From Gemmatimonadota bacterium (GTDB lineage: Bacteria; Gemmatimonadota; Gemmatimonadetes; Gemmatimonadales; GWC2-71-9): a DNA stretch of 64,000 nt. The DNA lies in NCBI GenBank assembly GCA_046726475.1, contig JBKPAO010000050.1, positions 103-64,102 of the forward strand, read 5' to 3'. The notes beneath the pieces were generated by a model. It ran no database searches and had not been told where the DNA came from. It saw only the letters and a list, made by a program, of their open reading frames with translations. The translations under genes were made by a program, and so were the position numbers. How positions within the stretch are numbered: the first letter of the stretch is position 1; each line of letters begins with the position of its first letter. Positions 8,615 through 18,496 of the stretch are shown one piece after another.

Positions 8615-9928
8615 GTGAACAGCCAGCAGCCAGCCGGCGTTCCCCAGGTTGTCATTCTGGGAGGTGGCTTTGCCGGGCTGTACGCCGCACGTGGCCTGAA
8701 GCGCTGTCCTGTGCGAGTCACCCTGCTGGACCGGCGGAATCACCATCTCTTCCAACCGATGCTCTATCAGGTTGCTACCGCGGCGTTGAACCCGAGCGAC
8801 ATCGCGGCCCCAATCCGATCGGTCCTCCGGCGTCAGGCCAACACTGAGGTGCTGCTCGCTGAGGTAGCCTCGGTGAATACCATGGAACGGCGGGTGGCGC
8901 TCACCGACGGATCCGAGATCGGTTACGACTATCTCATCGTGGCCACCGGTGCCCGCCATTCCTATTTTGGCCATGACGAATGGGAGCCACTTGCGCCCGG
9001 GCTCAAGAGCCTGGAGGATGCGGTCGAAATTCGCCAGCGCGTACTCCTCGCCTTCGAACGCGCCGAGCGAGAAGCCGACGCGGTACGTCGCCACGCCTAT
9101 CTCACGTTCGTGATCGTGGGTGGAGGGCCTACCGGCGTCGAGACCGCCGGCGCGGTCGCGGAGCTTCGCCGTTACGCTCTCCGCAGGGATTTCCGCCACA
9201 TCGATCCCGGCGAGGCCACGGTCATGCTGCTGGAAGGCGGCCCCCGCCTCCTGCCGTCGTACCCGCCGAGTCTCAGCGACAAGGCTAAGCATGAGCTTCG
9301 GCGGCTTGGCGTCGAAGTGCGAACCGAGACTTTGGTTACCGACATCCGCCCAGGCTCCGTGGTTGCAGCAGGGTGGACGATTCCAACTCAAACGGTGATC
9401 TGGGCCGCGGGAAACGTGGCGAGCCCCATCCTCCGGTCCCTCGACACTACGCTAGACCAAGCCGGGCGGGCCATCGTTGAGCCCGACTGCACCATTTCCG
9501 GCCACCCAGAGGTCTTCGTCTTGGGGGACGCGGCGCTGTTCAACCACCAGGATGGCGGACCCCTTCCAGGGATCTGTCCCGTTGCCATTCAGATGGGCGA
9601 GTATGCTGCTCGCACCATTCAAGCTGACCTCGCCGGCGAGCCCCGGCGCGCCTTCCACTACTGGGACAAGGGCCAGCTCGCTGTCATCGGAAGGGGGCGC
9701 GCGGTGGCGGACATCTGGCGATTGCACTTTGGCGGGTTCCTGGCGTGGCTGATCTGGACCTTCGTTCACATCTTCTTTCTGATCGGCTTCCGGAATCGGA
9801 TCCTGGTGATGATTCAGTGGGCCTGGTCGTACCTGACCTACGGGCGCGGCGCTCGGCTGATCGCCGGAGAGACGCCTTGCACCATCCCGCCGCTGCCACC
9901 GGTGACGGTGGCGGCGGAGGTACAATGA
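8615..9928 (+). CDS. ndh: Type II NADH:quinone oxidoreductase (NDH-2), FAD/NAD(P)-binding
   Basis: Two dinucleotide-binding motifs (VVILGGGFAGL and FVIVGGGPTGVE) and a C-terminal membrane-anchor-like helix. Confidence 0.85.
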   Translation: MNSQQPAGVPQVVILGGGFAGLYAARGLKRCPVRVTLLDRRNHHLFQPMLYQVATAALNPSDIAAPIRSVLRRQANTEVLLAEVASVNTMERRVALTDGSEIGYDYLIVATGARHSYFGHDEWEPLAPGLKSLEDAVEIRQRVLLAFERAEREADAVRRHAYLTFVIVGGGPTGVETAGAVAELRRYALRRDFRHIDPGEATVMLLEGGPRLLPSYPPSLSDKAKHELRRLGVEVRTETLVTDIRPGSVVAAGWTIPTQTVIWAAGNVASPILRSLDTTLDQAGRAIVEPDCTISGHPEVFVLGDAALFNHQDGGPLPGICPVAIQMGEYAARTIQADLAGEPRRAFHYWDKGQLAVIGRGRAVADIWRLHFGGFLAWLIWTFVHIFFLIGFRNRILVMIQWAWSYLTYGRGARLIAGETPCTIPPLPPVTVAAEVQ

Positions 9929-10866
9929 GCCTCACCGACGCAGTCAAGGTCCGAGCCCGTGAGCTCGGGTTCATTGCTTGCGGGATCACCCATCCGGGAC
10001 CATCGACCCACGCCGCCCGGCTCGATGAGTGGCTGGCGAAGGGGTACGCCGGCACCATGCGGTACCTTCACCGCCAGGCCAAACGGCGGAAGGAGCCGGG
10101 GTTGATCGCTCCAGAAGCCCGCTCTGTCGTTGTGGTGCTCGACAACTACTACACTGCAGATGAGAAGCGCGATCTTCAGCCGCCCCGAATCGCAAAGTAT
10201 GCCAGAGGGGAGGACTATCATCGGGTCACGATGGGCCGCTTGGCGCAACTCGCGCAATTCCTGAGGGAGAAAGGGGCGCGGCTGGCGCGCAGCTACACTG
10301 ACGCGGGGCCGGTACCGGAGCGCGAGCTCGCCCAGCGCGCCGGCCTGGGATGGATCGGCAAGAACACGATGCTGGTGAGGCCCCAGGCCGGCTCGTTTTT
10401 CTTCATCGGCTCGGTGTTCACCGATCTCTTGCTCGACTTGGACCCGCCGTTCGAGCTGGATCGCTGCGGGAGCTGTACCCGTTGCCTGGAAGCCTGCCCC
10501 ACCGGCGCCTTGTTAGAGCCGAGACTTCTGGATGCGACCCGCTGTATCTCCTACCTGACCATCGAACAACCCGGTCCTATTCCCGATGAGCTCGCCGAGC
10601 GATTTCAGGGCTACGCGTTTGGTTGTGACATCTGCAACGACGTATGCCCCTGGAATCAGCGGTTCGCCGAGCCGACCGGCATCAGTGAATTCGAAGCAAC
10701 TCGTCCGCCGTTGGACGTGAATCCCCATTACTTCGAGAATATGACCGAGGAGGAGTTCCAAGAACGATTCGGAAGCTCACCGCTGGAGCGAGCCGGACTC
10801 GACGGGATGCGAAGGAATTACCGAGCGGTGTTCGCTAGTGCACCCTCTGGGGCACCGTCGTCATGA
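9925..10866 (+). CDS. queG: tRNA epoxyqueuosine(34) reductase
   Basis: Two 4Fe-4S ferredoxin motifs (CGSCTRCLEACP and CDICNDVCPWN) and a typical QueG N-terminus. The ATGA start overlaps the ndh stop. Confidence 0.85.
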   Translation: MSLTDAVKVRARELGFIACGITHPGPSTHAARLDEWLAKGYAGTMRYLHRQAKRRKEPGLIAPEARSVVVVLDNYYTADEKRDLQPPRIAKYARGEDYHRVTMGRLAQLAQFLREKGARLARSYTDAGPVPERELAQRAGLGWIGKNTMLVRPQAGSFFFIGSVFTDLLLDLDPPFELDRCGSCTRCLEACPTGALLEPRLLDATRCISYLTIEQPGPIPDELAERFQGYAFGCDICNDVCPWNQRFAEPTGISEFEATRPPLDVNPHYFENMTEEEFQERFGSSPLERAGLDGMRRNYRAVFASAPSGAPSS

Positions 10867-11315
10867 CGCGAGCGCTCGAGCGGCTCCTCCACTACGATGT
10901 GTGGGCCAATCGAGAGACTCTGAAATCGCTCGAGCAGGGCTCCGCCCCCGCCAAGAGCCTGCGCTGGATGAGCCACATCATTGGAGCCGAATTTCTCTGG
11001 CTCGACCGCATTGGTGGGCGGCCGCAGTCGCTTCCGGTCTGGCCCGAGCTCAGCCTCGACGAGTGCGGCAGTCGACTCAGCCAGCTCTCGCAGCTACTGC
11101 CGGCCGCTGCCCGAGGTGGTGATATCGGCCGCACGATTCGGTACACTAATACCAGGGGAGAATCCTGGAGCAGCTCAGTGGAAGAAATTCTCACTCACGT
11201 GACGATCCATTCGGCGTACCACCGCGGCCAGATCGCCTCCGACATTCGCTCGGCCGGCCTGGAGCCTGCTTACACCGACTATATCCACGCGGTTCGGCAG
11301 CGATTCCTCGAATGA
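10863..11315 (+). CDS. DinB family protein
   Basis: N-terminal YDVWAN and C-terminal HSAYHRGQI, which form the DinB His triad pattern. It overlaps the queG stop by 4 nt. Confidence 0.75.
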   Translation: MTRALERLLHYDVWANRETLKSLEQGSAPAKSLRWMSHIIGAEFLWLDRIGGRPQSLPVWPELSLDECGSRLSQLSQLLPAAARGGDIGRTIRYTNTRGESWSSSVEEILTHVTIHSAYHRGQIASDIRSAGLEPAYTDYIHAVRQRFLE

Positions 11316-11533
11316 GCACACCTTCGGCAGGCCCGCTCATTGTCGCGGCGGGAGTGACTCTCGTGCTGATAGGCCTGCTGGTGTGGTCGGGGGGGTTGAG
11401 CTGGTTTGGCCGGCTTCCGGGAGACATCCGAATCGAAAAAGAATCGGTACACATCTATATCCCACTGGTCTCCATGTTCCTGGTTTCAGTGGTGCTGAGC
11501 TTGATCCTCAACCTGCTAAACCGATTTCTCTAG
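11312..11533 (+). CDS. DUF2905 family small membrane protein
   Basis: The characteristic GRLPGDIRIE motif sits between two TM helices. Confidence 0.7.
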   Translation: MSTPSAGPLIVAAGVTLVLIGLLVWSGGLSWFGRLPGDIRIEKESVHIYIPLVSMFLVSVVLSLILNLLNRFL

Positions 11534-13057
11534 GGCGGCCTTCCCCAGCATCAAAGACCCCGCCAGCTCCCGCCCGATCTTGACCACGGCATCGACGAGA
11601 ATTCGGAAATCTGCCCGCTTGCTGCGGTGATTCACGTTGGCGCAGCGGAGCGCGAAGCGCCCACCCAGCACCGTAGCCGATGGCACCGCAATGCCGCTCT
11701 CCTGCAATCGCAGCAGGATCTCCTCGTTCAGCGCGTTCAGATCCGATCGCCGCAACTCAGCCGGCGCAAACCGGAAGCACACGATGTTGAGGGCGGTGGG
11801 GGCCAGAAGCTCGACGTCGGGATGAGCTTCCACCAGTTCGGTCAGGTACCGAGCTTGGGCAACGTTCTGCTCGATGAGCCTGGCGTAAGTGTCGATCCCG
11901 TGCGCCCGAAACGAGAGCCACACTTTCAACGCCTTGAAGCCGCGGGTGAGATCGATCCCGCGATCGGCAAAGGGCAGCCCGCCGGCAATGACACCACGCG
12001 AGGTTTCGGCGAGATAGCTCTCCGTCGTGGCGAACGCAGCCCGGTGGATTTTCGCGTCCCGCACCAGAATGCAGGCGCATTCGAACGGCAAATATCCCCA
12101 TTTGTGCAGATCGAATGCGACCGAGTCCGCCCGCTCGAGACCGCTGACTAAGGGGCTGAGCCGGTCGGAGAGCTTGAGCAGTGCGCCAAACGCCCCGTCG
12201 ACGTGGAACCAAATCCTTTCGGACCGGCAGAAGTCGGCGAGGCCATCGAGATCGTCGGTTGCTGCGGTGTTGACCGTACCAGCCGTTCCAATAACGCAAC
12301 AGGGCAGCGCTCCTTCCGCCCGATCCTGGGCGACGGCGTGCGCCAAATTTTCGAGATCGATACAATAGTCCGGGCCCACGCTAATACGACGGAACGCACT
12401 GTTCCCGATGCCAAGGAGCTCCACGGCTTTGCGGGCCCAGCCATGAGTCTCGGCAGAGCCGTAGCACATCAGCCTGGGCCGGCTCGATGCGCCCGGCTGT
12501 GGCTGCAGTCCATCTTCGCGTACGTCGAATCCGATGGCCTGGAGTGCGGCATGACGAGCTACCGCGAGGCCGAGCAGGTTGGCCATCGATCCGCCGGTCA
12601 CCAGGAGTCCGCTGGTGCCGGCAGGAAATCCCATCAGCTCCGCCAGCCACGCGATGACCTGGTGTTCGACGAGTGCCGGCGCGTGATTGAGGCCTGCGAG
12701 GTGAGGATTCAGCCCGGCAGCCAACATGTCGGCCATCATCCCAAGTGGTGTACCGTTACCCTTGACCCAGCCCCAGTATCGAGGGTGCAGGTTCCCGTTG
12801 GGGTAGGGCTGCACCAGTTGCAAAAACCCCTGGTAGGCCGCATCCTCGCCGATTCCCTTTCGAGGCACCGGCTGGTGAAACGATTCACGTACCTCGGTCG
12901 GCATCGGTCGCCATACAGGCTGTTCTGATAACCCGGAGAGATGGTCCAGCATATCATCGACCATTTGATGCGCCAACCGTCTAAACGCGGACCAGGCGGC
13001 TGCATCGGAAGGATCGAGCGTCTCCTCCAGAGCGTCGTTGACTGGCGTCTTGCTCAT
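11516..13057 (-). CDS. Pyridoxal-dependent (group II) amino-acid decarboxylase
   Basis: PLP-lysine motif FDLHKWGY and HPRYWGW near the N-terminus. Its 513-aa length is typical. Confidence 0.85.
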   Translation of the reverse strand: MSKTPVNDALEETLDPSDAAAWSAFRRLAHQMVDDMLDHLSGLSEQPVWRPMPTEVRESFHQPVPRKGIGEDAAYQGFLQLVQPYPNGNLHPRYWGWVKGNGTPLGMMADMLAAGLNPHLAGLNHAPALVEHQVIAWLAELMGFPAGTSGLLVTGGSMANLLGLAVARHAALQAIGFDVREDGLQPQPGASSRPRLMCYGSAETHGWARKAVELLGIGNSAFRRISVGPDYCIDLENLAHAVAQDRAEGALPCCVIGTAGTVNTAATDDLDGLADFCRSERIWFHVDGAFGALLKLSDRLSPLVSGLERADSVAFDLHKWGYLPFECACILVRDAKIHRAAFATTESYLAETSRGVIAGGLPFADRGIDLTRGFKALKVWLSFRAHGIDTYARLIEQNVAQARYLTELVEAHPDVELLAPTALNIVCFRFAPAELRRSDLNALNEEILLRLQESGIAVPSATVLGGRFALRCANVNHRSKRADFRILVDAVVKIGRELAGSLMLGKAALEKSV

Positions 13058-13152
13058 GTCCTCGCTCCAGTTGATCCAGTATCGTCTAGTGGTACCACAG
13101 CCGCCGCTACCCGCTTCATGCGCTCAAACCGGGGCTTCCCTTACTATTCAGC

Positions 13153-13632
13153 ATGACCTACACGTTGCAGACTCGATCCGATCCTCGCGTCCAACGGCTG
13201 AAGACGCTCGCACGAGTGCTGGACAATGCCTTACGCATTCCGGGAACGAAATATCGTTTCGGGCTCGACGCCGTGATCGGCTTGGTTCCCGGCATCGGTG
13301 ATGCAATCGGTGCGATCTTCTCCGTGTTCATCGTATTTCAGGCTGCTCGCCTCGGTGCACCCAACTCGACGCTGTTCCGTATGATGTCGAATATTGGACT
13401 GGACACGATCGTCGGAGAAATTCCGCTCCTCGGTGACCTTTTCGATTTCGGCTGGAAGGCAAACAGCATGAACATGGCCCTCTTGGAGGAGCACCTGCAA
13501 CAGCCTGTCGCCGCCCACCGGACCAGCCGCCGAGTACTGGTATTGGTGGGAGTCGGATTGCTCTTGATCCTAGCTGGGGTTATCGCGCTCGGCGTGTGGG
13601 TCGCCAACATGACCGTTGTCAGAGTATCCTGA
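13153..13632 (+). CDS. DUF4112 domain membrane protein
   Basis: Motifs FGLDAVIGLVPGIGD and PLLGDLFDFGWKAN. Confidence 0.75.
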   Translation: MTYTLQTRSDPRVQRLKTLARVLDNALRIPGTKYRFGLDAVIGLVPGIGDAIGAIFSVFIVFQAARLGAPNSTLFRMMSNIGLDTIVGEIPLLGDLFDFGWKANSMNMALLEEHLQQPVAAHRTSRRVLVLVGVGLLLILAGVIALGVWVANMTVVRVS

Positions 13633-13636
13633 GCGC

Positions 13637-14041
13637 ATGAAACCGTCTTTGCATAGCGTCGCCATCTTCGTGAACGACATAGGCCGAGCCGTCGAGTTTT
13701 ATCGGGACGCGCTCCAGCTGCCTCTCACCAAGCAGGGATCCTTCGGTGCGGAGTTTCTCGAGGGTGACACCCATGTTGGCGTGCATCCCGCAGTACACCC
13801 GGAGGCCAAGTCGCTGGTGGGCCGGCATACCGGCATTACGCTGTTTGTGCCCGACCTGCTTCACTTCTGCGGCGACCTGCACGCCCGCGGCGTGCGATTT
13901 ACTGCGGAGCCCACTCAACAATCGTGGGGCATCATGGCGATGGTGGCGGACCCCGACGGGAACATTCTCGCTCTCTGGGAAGACAAGCTGCCGGACACCC
14001 AAGAGCATAGTTCAGTCGATCAGGCGGACGGGACAGCGTAA
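13637..14041 (+). CDS. VOC (glyoxalase/bleomycin-resistance) family protein
   Basis: N-terminal VAIFVNDIGRAVEFYRDALQL and C-terminal DPDGNILALWE. The start was set at MKPSLHS. Confidence 0.75.
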   Translation: MKPSLHSVAIFVNDIGRAVEFYRDALQLPLTKQGSFGAEFLEGDTHVGVHPAVHPEAKSLVGRHTGITLFVPDLLHFCGDLHARGVRFTAEPTQQSWGIMAMVADPDGNILALWEDKLPDTQEHSSVDQADGTA

Positions 14042-14042
14042 C

Positions 14043-14516
14043 CTAGCCCCGCTGGCCAGGCTGAAACGGCGAGATGGCCTGTGCCACGGGATGGCCCCGA
14101 AAGCAGTCTTCGACGATCTGACCCTGCTGCTCCATTCCATACGCCTGAAACGGCTGCCCGGGTACCGCATCGTACCAATAAGGGCTGGAGCCGATCCGTG
14201 TCGTGCGATAAGCCAGGTCGCGTAGCTGGGCTGCCGCTCCGCGACTGAAGTAGGTCCATGCTCCCCATGCCTGGAATTGCCGACAGTGGGTCACTTCGTG
14301 CGCCAGCACGGCGAGATCCTGCTCGTGTCGATCGGGTAAGAAAATGTGGTTGCCCAGTGCTATGGCACGACCACGGCTCAAGCCAAGAACCAGCGCGCGG
14401 AGCAGCTTCCTCGCGCCGCTCGCGTTGTGCCGGTAGATCCGCACCCGGTTGCAGTCCAGGCTGCTTGCCAGGCTGCCCAGCCTGGCGCACTCGGTGGAAG
14501 TCAGCCGGTGAGACAT
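14043..14516 (-). CDS. DUF4157-like HExxH domain protein (stand-alone)
   Basis: VRIYRH...LGNHIFLP...LAHEVTHCRQ resembles the DUF4157 pattern (vrvh...Ga.A.T.G..I.f....LaHEltHvvQ). The start was set at the internal Met so that it does not overlap the next gene. Confidence 0.55.
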   Translation of the reverse strand: MSHRLTSTECARLGSLASSLDCNRVRIYRHNASGARKLLRALVLGLSRGRAIALGNHIFLPDRHEQDLAVLAHEVTHCRQFQAWGAWTYFSRGAAAQLRDLAYRTTRIGSSPYWYDAVPGQPFQAYGMEQQGQIVEDCFRGHPVAQAISPFQPGQRG

Positions 14517-14520
14517 GGAT

Positions 14521-15753
14521 TCATCGCCCCAGGAACTCTCCAATCGGGGCGAGTGCTTCGATATGATCGCAGAAGATCTTGAAGGTGGCGATCAGTGGTA
14601 CGGCGATGAACGCCCCCGGCACTCCCCAAATCCACCACCAGAACACCAATCCAATGAGGATGGCCACTGGGTTCAATGTCAGTCTTCGTCCGAGAATCAT
14701 CGGCGATATGAACTGGGATTGCAGAAGGTTCACACCGAGATAGGCTACCGGGACCAGCAGTGCGTGACCGAGCTGATCGAAGGTGACCAGCCCGGCAAGT
14801 CCTAACACAGTGAACAGAGCGGTAGCGCCAAGATAGGGAACGAATTCGGCAAGAGCCGCCAGTGCTCCCCAGAGCAGCGGGCTGGGCATCTTGAGGAGGA
14901 ACATGACCCCTGCCACCGCCATTCCGAGCCCCACATTCACCAACGTGACGGTGACCAGGTAGGTGGAGATCGATGCCTCGGTCTCCCGTGCAATGGCCAC
15001 CGCCTTTTTCTTGTCGCGCAGCTGCGGTAGAACCTTGATCAGCTTCTGAAGAAAGAGATCACCGGCTGCGAGCAGGAAGTAGAGCAGGATGATTACCTCG
15101 AGTGCGCTTGCCACGATCGTCTGGGTGGTGCCGAATAGCCGTTCAGTGAGGGTTGGACCCTTAACCACAACCTCCTGAGTCTTGGGCTGGTCGCTTATCT
15201 TCGTCGCCCTTTCCACTTGCTCGGCGGTCTTGCTGACCTGCTCGACCGGCTTGCGCAGCTGCCGCAACCGGTCCTGCGCATCCCGCATGCTGATGGGCAG
15301 CTTTGCCACCCATTCCTTGGCAGGACCGGCAAGGCCGTAGGCCGAGGCACCTACAGCTCCGAGCAAGACCAGGATCACCAGCGCTGCGCCGAGTGGCTCC
15401 GGAATCCGGGCACGCTTAAGTCCGCGGATCAACGGGCTTAGAAGGAAATCGAGCAGCACCGCGAGAACGATCGGAAGAAAAAAGGCGCGGGCGAAATAGA
15501 GCGTATAGAACGAGGCGAGAACAAACAGCCCGGTCAAGGCGAGAGAGCGAACCTCGAATCGATCCCGCAGTGCTTCGCCCAGCTTCGTGATATCCGGGTG
15601 CTCTACCGGCTCCCCGGCACCGGGCTCGGGTGGTGGTGCGGGAACGTCGGGCTCGAACGGCGAGGTTGCTTCAGTCACCCTTGTCCCTCCCAGTTCGAAG
15701 GGAGTAGGTTGCCGACTCCCGACCGAGCATCCGTGCTCCGGCATACTCGCCAC
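14521..15753 (-). CDS. AI-2E family transporter (UPF0118/PerM)
   Basis: About 8 TM segments and the family block LLWGALAALAEFVPYLGA. Confidence 0.8.
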   Translation of the reverse strand: MASMPEHGCSVGSRQPTPFELGGTRVTEATSPFEPDVPAPPPEPGAGEPVEHPDITKLGEALRDRFEVRSLALTGLFVLASFYTLYFARAFFLPIVLAVLLDFLLSPLIRGLKRARIPEPLGAALVILVLLGAVGASAYGLAGPAKEWVAKLPISMRDAQDRLRQLRKPVEQVSKTAEQVERATKISDQPKTQEVVVKGPTLTERLFGTTQTIVASALEVIILLYFLLAAGDLFLQKLIKVLPQLRDKKKAVAIARETEASISTYLVTVTLVNVGLGMAVAGVMFLLKMPSPLLWGALAALAEFVPYLGATALFTVLGLAGLVTFDQLGHALLVPVAYLGVNLLQSQFISPMILGRRLTLNPVAILIGLVFWWWIWGVPGAFIAVPLIATFKIFCDHIEALAPIGEFLGR

Positions 15754-15777
15754 TCGTTCTGCCCGGAATAGAGTAGC

Positions 15778-16527
15778 ATGTCACGCCTCTGGCAATCGAT
15801 CTTATCGCTGTGGGCCTGGCTGGTGCTGGTGATCTGCATTCTGGTGTGGTTTCCGCTGCTCGTCATCCTGCGACTGGTGACGGCTCCGTTCGATAGCGGC
15901 AAGTATATCACTGGATACCTGTTTCGCCGGATTGGCCCGGTCATGGCCACCCTGAATCCGCTCTGGCGCTTCCGGTACTCGGGAAGCATGCCTCCTGACC
16001 CCCGTCGGCCATATGTCGTCGTCTCCAATCATGAATCGTTTGCCGATATCCTCCTCATCAGCCATCTGCCCTGGGAGATGAAGTGGCTCTCCAAAGCCGA
16101 GCTCTTCCGTATTCCCGTCATGGGCTGGATGATGTGGCTGGCCGGTGACATCCCGGTGAAGCGTGGATTCGGGCCCAGCGCGGTCGAAGCAATGGAGCGT
16201 TGCCGGGAAGTGCTGCGCCGGCGGGTGTCGGTCATGATCTTTCCGGAGGGCACTCGGTCCAAGACGACCGAGCTCCTGCCGTTCAAGGACGGCGCGTTCC
16301 GGCTGGCGATCGAGGCCGGCGTTCCCATCCTGCCACTCGCGGTCTCCGGAACCGGAACCGCTCTGCCCAAGCATGGCTGGCGTTTCGGGCGATCGGCCGC
16401 TGAAGTTCGGGTGCTGGAGCCGGTGGAGACCACCGGACTGACGCTGGACGATGTTCCCGCCCTCAAAATCCGCATCCGCGAGCTCATCATCCGCACCCGA
16501 GACGCGCTCGCGGCCGGGCGGCGTTGA
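15778..16527 (+). CDS. plsC: 1-acyl-sn-glycerol-3-phosphate acyltransferase
   Basis: Acyltransferase motifs NHESFAD (HX4D) and FPEGTRS. Confidence 0.85.
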   Translation: MSRLWQSILSLWAWLVLVICILVWFPLLVILRLVTAPFDSGKYITGYLFRRIGPVMATLNPLWRFRYSGSMPPDPRRPYVVVSNHESFADILLISHLPWEMKWLSKAELFRIPVMGWMMWLAGDIPVKRGFGPSAVEAMERCREVLRRRVSVMIFPEGTRSKTTELLPFKDGAFRLAIEAGVPILPLAVSGTGTALPKHGWRFGRSAAEVRVLEPVETTGLTLDDVPALKIRIRELIIRTRDALAAGRR

Positions 16528-16529
16528 CC

Positions 16530-17498
16530 TTATCTCCCCAGATCTCCCGGGGCTCGCACCCGTCCCACCGCTCCTGCCAGCGCAAGCAACGTGAGTACGT
16601 AGGGCAGCATCAGGAAGAGTTGATAGGGAGCTCGCACGCCGAGTGCCTGGAAGAGAAACTGCATTGCGCTCGCCGCTCCGAACAACAGAGCCGCCAGAGC
16701 AACTCCGGCGGGGTGCCAGCGACCCAGGACCACAATGGCGATGGCGAGAAAACCGCGCCCGGCCGTCATTCGCTCGACGAAAGTCCCGACCTGAGCGAGA
16801 ACGAGAGTGGCCCCTCCCAATCCCGCAAAGGCTCCGCCGAAAAGGGTCGCCCCGGTTCGCATCAGACCGGTACGCACACCGGCAGCTCGTGCGACGCCCG
16901 CCGCTTCGCCGGTCGCTCGCAGCATCAGGCCGAGCCGGGTTCGAAAAAGAAGCCACCATATTAATGGGAGCGCCGCGAGGGAGAGATAGGTCGGCACCGG
17001 CTGCTGGAATAATCCCGGGCCGAGTACCGGAATGTTGGCCAAGCCGGGAATGGCAAGGGAGGAGAAGGTCGGGATCGTGAGACCGGCCCCCTCCGGGCCA
17101 AAGGCTCGCTGCGAGATGGTACCCGTCATTCCCACAGCCGCCAGGGTGATCGCCGTGCCGGTAATGATCTGGTCGGACCGCACTCCAACGGCCAGCAGCG
17201 CGAAGACGGCGGCGAGCACCATCCCGGCTAGCGCGGCGCACCCGAGTCCAGCCCACGGTCCCCAGGCCATCGCTCCCAGAGCAGCCGCGAGCGCTCCGGC
17301 GAGCATCATCCCCTCGATTCCCAGATTGATCACGCCAGAGCGCTCAGTGACCGTTTCTCCCGTGGCAGCGAACAGGAGTGGCGTCGCGACTCGGACCGCG
17401 GCCGCCAGAAAGCCACCAGCCAGAACAACCGGATCCACTATCCGATCACTTTTTGGGCAGAGGATCGAATTCTCCGGATGACCCGTGCTCCGGTCCAT
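16530..17498 (-). CDS. ABC transporter permease (BMP / nucleoside-uptake type, YufQ/NupQ-like)
   Basis: Multi-TM permease in an operon with a second permease, a double-ATPase and a BMP binding protein. The true start is probably downstream of 17498, because the ORF overlaps the upstream gene by 60 nt. Confidence 0.8.
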   Translation of the reverse strand: MDRSTGHPENSILCPKSDRIVDPVVLAGGFLAAAVRVATPLLFAATGETVTERSGVINLGIEGMMLAGALAAALGAMAWGPWAGLGCAALAGMVLAAVFALLAVGVRSDQIITGTAITLAAVGMTGTISQRAFGPEGAGLTIPTFSSLAIPGLANIPVLGPGLFQQPVPTYLSLAALPLIWWLLFRTRLGLMLRATGEAAGVARAAGVRTGLMRTGATLFGGAFAGLGGATLVLAQVGTFVERMTAGRGFLAIAIVVLGRWHPAGVALAALLFGAASAMQFLFQALGVRAPYQLFLMLPYVLTLLALAGAVGRVRAPGDLGR

Positions 17499-18496
17499 CC
17501 TCCCTTCGGCGCAGTCGCAATCGCCGCGACCACTATGATCACTGCTTCTACCACGTACACGGCGACGGCAGGGACGCCGGCCTCCCGCTGCATCGCTCCC
17601 GCCCCCGCTTCAAGCGCTGCGATGAGAATGCCGGCGACAAACACCCCGGCGGGGTGCAGTCCTCCCAGCAGCGCTACCGCGATGCCGGTGAATCCGTAGC
17701 CCGGAGAGAGGTTCTGATACAGGGCGTAGGACACCCCACTCACCTCCACCCCGCCGGCGAGGCCGGCTAAGGCGCCCGATACCAGTAGAGCGACCGCTCC
17801 AATCCGCTGGCTATCGATACCTCCACTTATTTGAGCGGCTCGGGGTCCCAATCCAGCGGCCCGAAGATGAAAGCCCCACAACGTCCTATCGAAGAGATAC
17901 CAGAGCAGCAACGCTGCGGCCGCCGCCAGAAGGAAGCCGGCGTGCAGCCTGGTTCCGGGAAAGAGCGGCAGGCGAGCTGCCACGGCGATGGTATCGCTCT
18001 GGGGATAGATCCCGGTTGGCTCCTGCAGGGGACCCTGAACCATCAAACTTACGAGCGCTTCGGCGACGAAGTTGAGCAGCAGGGTACTGATCACTTCAAT
18101 AACACCGAACCGAAGCTTGAGCCACACCGGAACGGCGATCCACGCGGCGCCGCCGAGAGCAGATGCCAAGAGGAGGGTGGGGACTGCGATCACCGAGGGG
18201 CGCCCCGCTACATGAAGGCCCACCCATGTGGCGGCGATCGCGCCGGCATAGAACTGTCCCTCGGCACCGATGTTGAGTGCCCCGGCGCGAAAAGCAACGG
18301 CAATGCCCAGTCCGATGAGGATGAGCGGGACACTACGAACCAGGGTGGCTGAGGTGAAGCTGTACCAGGAACCGAACGCCCCCGACCAGAGAGCGGACAA
18401 TGCAGCCGCAGCGTCATACCCGCCAGCCTCGAGTCCAGCCAGCAGCACTACCACTCCCAGGAGGAGCGCGGCCAGGGCCCATGCCAGCCGGATCAC
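17438..18496 (-). CDS. ABC transporter permease (YufP/NupP-like)
   Basis: Multi-TM permease. It overlaps the ATPase stop by 4 nt. Confidence 0.8.
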   Translation of the reverse strand: MIRLAWALAALLLGVVVLLAGLEAGGYDAAAALSALWSGAFGSWYSFTSATLVRSVPLILIGLGIAVAFRAGALNIGAEGQFYAGAIAATWVGLHVAGRPSVIAVPTLLLASALGGAAWIAVPVWLKLRFGVIEVISTLLLNFVAEALVSLMVQGPLQEPTGIYPQSDTIAVAARLPLFPGTRLHAGFLLAAAAALLLWYLFDRTLWGFHLRAAGLGPRAAQISGGIDSQRIGAVALLVSGALAGLAGGVEVSGVSYALYQNLSPGYGFTGIAVALLGGLHPAGVFVAGILIAALEAGAGAMQREAGVPAVAVYVVEAVIIVVAAIATAPKGGWTGARVIRRIRSSAQKVIG

